Under the pieces are notes generated by a model. The model saw only the letters and a program-made list of their open reading frames with translations, had not been told where the DNA came from and ran no database searches. The position numbers and the translations under genes were made by a program. From Octopus bimaculoides (Eukaryota): a stretch of 64,000 nucleotides of DNA. Location of the stretch: assembly GCF_001194135.2 (NCBI RefSeq), contig NC_068982.1:63465716-63529715 (forward strand), written 5' to 3'. Numbering within the stretch: position 1 is the stretch's first letter; every line of letters starts with the position of its first letter. This document shows positions 62,055-64,000 of the stretch, one piece after another.

Positions 62055-62360
62055 GGAGGCACAATGGCCCAGTGGTTAGGGCAGCGGACTCGCGATCATA
62101 GGATTGCGGTTTCGATACCCAGACCGGATGTTGTGTGTGTTTATTGAGCGAAAACCCTGCTGAACTCTTTCATTACAACTTTCTCTCACTCTTTCTTCCT
62201 GTTTCTGTTGTACCTGTATTTCAAAGGGCCAGCCTTGTCACACTGTGTCACACTGAATCTCCCCGAGGACTACGTTAAGAGTACACGTGTCTGTGGAGTG
62301 CTCAGCCACTTGCAAGTTAATTTCACGGATCAACTGGAACCCTCGTCGTCGTAACCGACG
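62055..62360 (+). mobile_element. tRNA-derived SINE family S3 (tRNA-Arg-like head)
   Basis: A-box TGGCCCAGTGG, gcggactcgcgatcataggattgcgg (similar to the tRNA-Arg anticodon/variable region), B-box GGTTTCGATACCC, then ~230 bp of body. Possibly related to the octopus OR SINEs (not verified). Confidence 0.8.
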
Positions 62361-63489
62361 TAATGTCATATAATATTAATTGGCAAAAGTACTAACAAGG
62401 CAGAGTAACTATGTATACAGAAATAATATGCAGCCCATTTGCTAAAAATCGTTTTAGGTTGGGTACTTTCAAGATAATCTGTGATTTCACCACAACAGCT
62501 TTAACAACATAGGAGAGTAAGAAGCGTCCGACTGGAAAACAATTGATTTTTTCAACTTCTTAATTCATGGTGTTTCAGTGAATGGGTCATGTGCTTCATG
62601 GAAGAACTCCGCTCAAAAGGAAATAAATACATGGAATCACATTCATAAGTACATAGTCTTTCTGTAAAAGTAGGCCCATGTGATAGTAAATACGCAGTGT
62701 TATGGTTGTTATTGTGTATGTATATATGTGATACGTATTTAAAGAGAGAGAGAAAGAGAGAGACGTATTTATACGCATAAAATTTTACTTTTGTTCTCTT
62801 CTGCGTGTGTGCATGTGTGTGTGTGTGTGTGTGCCTACTCGCGTGCGCATATGTCCTGCTAAAATTGTAACATATTCTGATGTCTATTCATGCTTTGTAT
62901 CCTCTCACATCATTATTCTGTATTCAAGACATTGAAGCTCTGTCTATATATTATAACATTTTTATTATTTCAATGAATAAATTTTATTTGCTGTTACTTA
63001 GAAAATTGTTTATAGCATTTAATATTTCAAGTAAAAACAGAAAACTTACGAACATTGGATATTATTTCTTTCTTACCTCAAAAGTAGAAACTAATTGTGT
63101 TCCAACTATCACGTTTTCGAAAGTGTATTTTGGCTATATATAACAAATAAATGATAATTTGTAACCAAGCTTATTAATAGTTAATTTAATTTCCGTTCTC
63201 GTTTTCTAATCTATTCAGCTTTGTTTTGAATATTTCTGAACGTTTTAAGCTGTAATCCCAATATATTTTTCATAAACAAAAAGTACCTAATGCTCTTAGG
63301 ACTCGAAGAGTTTTAATACATTTTCTTTATCGCTAAGAGCTAAATTTACTTTCTTATACAAAACGACAGCCTAAAAATGAAATATATTTATCTAGGGAGC
63401 TCTAAAAGATATAGGAAATTATTATACACCAATATTTAACTCACCCGCTTCAACTTCATCGATGCTTTCCACCTAGACTTTGAGTTCAC

Positions 63490-63900
63490 TTCCATAGTCA
63501 TCATCTCCTCTGTCAACTTTATCGATATCTGTGTCACTATTGCATACCCCCACTCTCTCCCTCCCTCTTTCTCTCTCTCTCTCTCTTTCTCTCTCTCTTC
63601 GTCTGTTTTCTATAAACCAGTCTTACTTCGACCTCACCACTTTCCAGAGCAACCACTCTATATTATTCCTAAGATTGCACCGCTTTTGTAACTACGATCA
63701 CGATTTTGAGATTCAGTCCCAAGGAATGGCTCTTCAACTCATGCGTCGTTTTAGACTATTGTCAAAAATTTCCGCTTCTACATCCGTAATGTGGATTGCA
63801 CTCATGGCCCGTACTACCCATCCACGATCATGTTCTTCCTCATCTTCCACACTAGTACCTTATCTCTCCAGCGATTTGCCTTACGCAATTTCTACCAGCG
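63490..63900 (+). mobile_element. Degenerate Penelope-like RT C-terminal fragment interrupted by (CT)n
   Basis: SSVNFIDI..VFYKP..SNH..LFLRLHRFCNYDHDFE resembles PLE S+.FLD+..+Y.KPT..S.HP..SQ.LRLRR+CS...DF. Confidence 0.6.
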
Positions 63901-64000
63901 TTGCTTTCCACTGACTATTTCCCCTGCGCCATTAAAATCATTATTTACTACCTTAAAGGAAAAGAAATTAACTGTGGCAAAGCTCTGGGAGCAAATGAAA

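Noticed and set aside
1-64000. CRISPR arrays, operons or other prokaryotic systems
   Set aside because: The sequence is eukaryotic and repeat-rich. No regularly spaced repeat-spacer array or gene-dense region is present.

Overview
AT-rich, microsatellite-dense animal genomic DNA with nine N-gaps. The repeat families suggest a cephalopod, probably Octopus (inference). No intact, identifiable protein-coding gene is visible, and most ORFs in the track are microsatellite read-throughs or TE fragments. The window is dominated by retroelement relics. These include a near-full-length but disrupted R4/Dong-type (RT + restriction-like endonuclease) non-LTR element and about seven fragments of related families, mostly embedded in (TAA)n. 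There are also several Penelope-like (PLE) relics, a Tx1/L1 relic, a CR1-type relic, an internally deleted RTE/BovB-like LINE, a full-length defective DD34D mariner, a mariner-derived MITE and at least three tRNA-derived SINE families. The most notable item is a composite SINE present at two loci (16.6-17.1 kb, 47.0-47.6 kb). It has a tRNA-like Pol III head, a (TAA)n linker and a tail carrying a minimal type I hammerhead ribozyme motif of the kind found in Penelope pseudo-LTRs, and at both loci it forms an inverted (fold-back) pair. Host-gene evidence is weak: a CpG-rich candidate first exon on the minus strand (MPGVQQLYTD, 12734-12764) and three phase-compatible small plus-strand exon candidates (1.6-2.8 kb).
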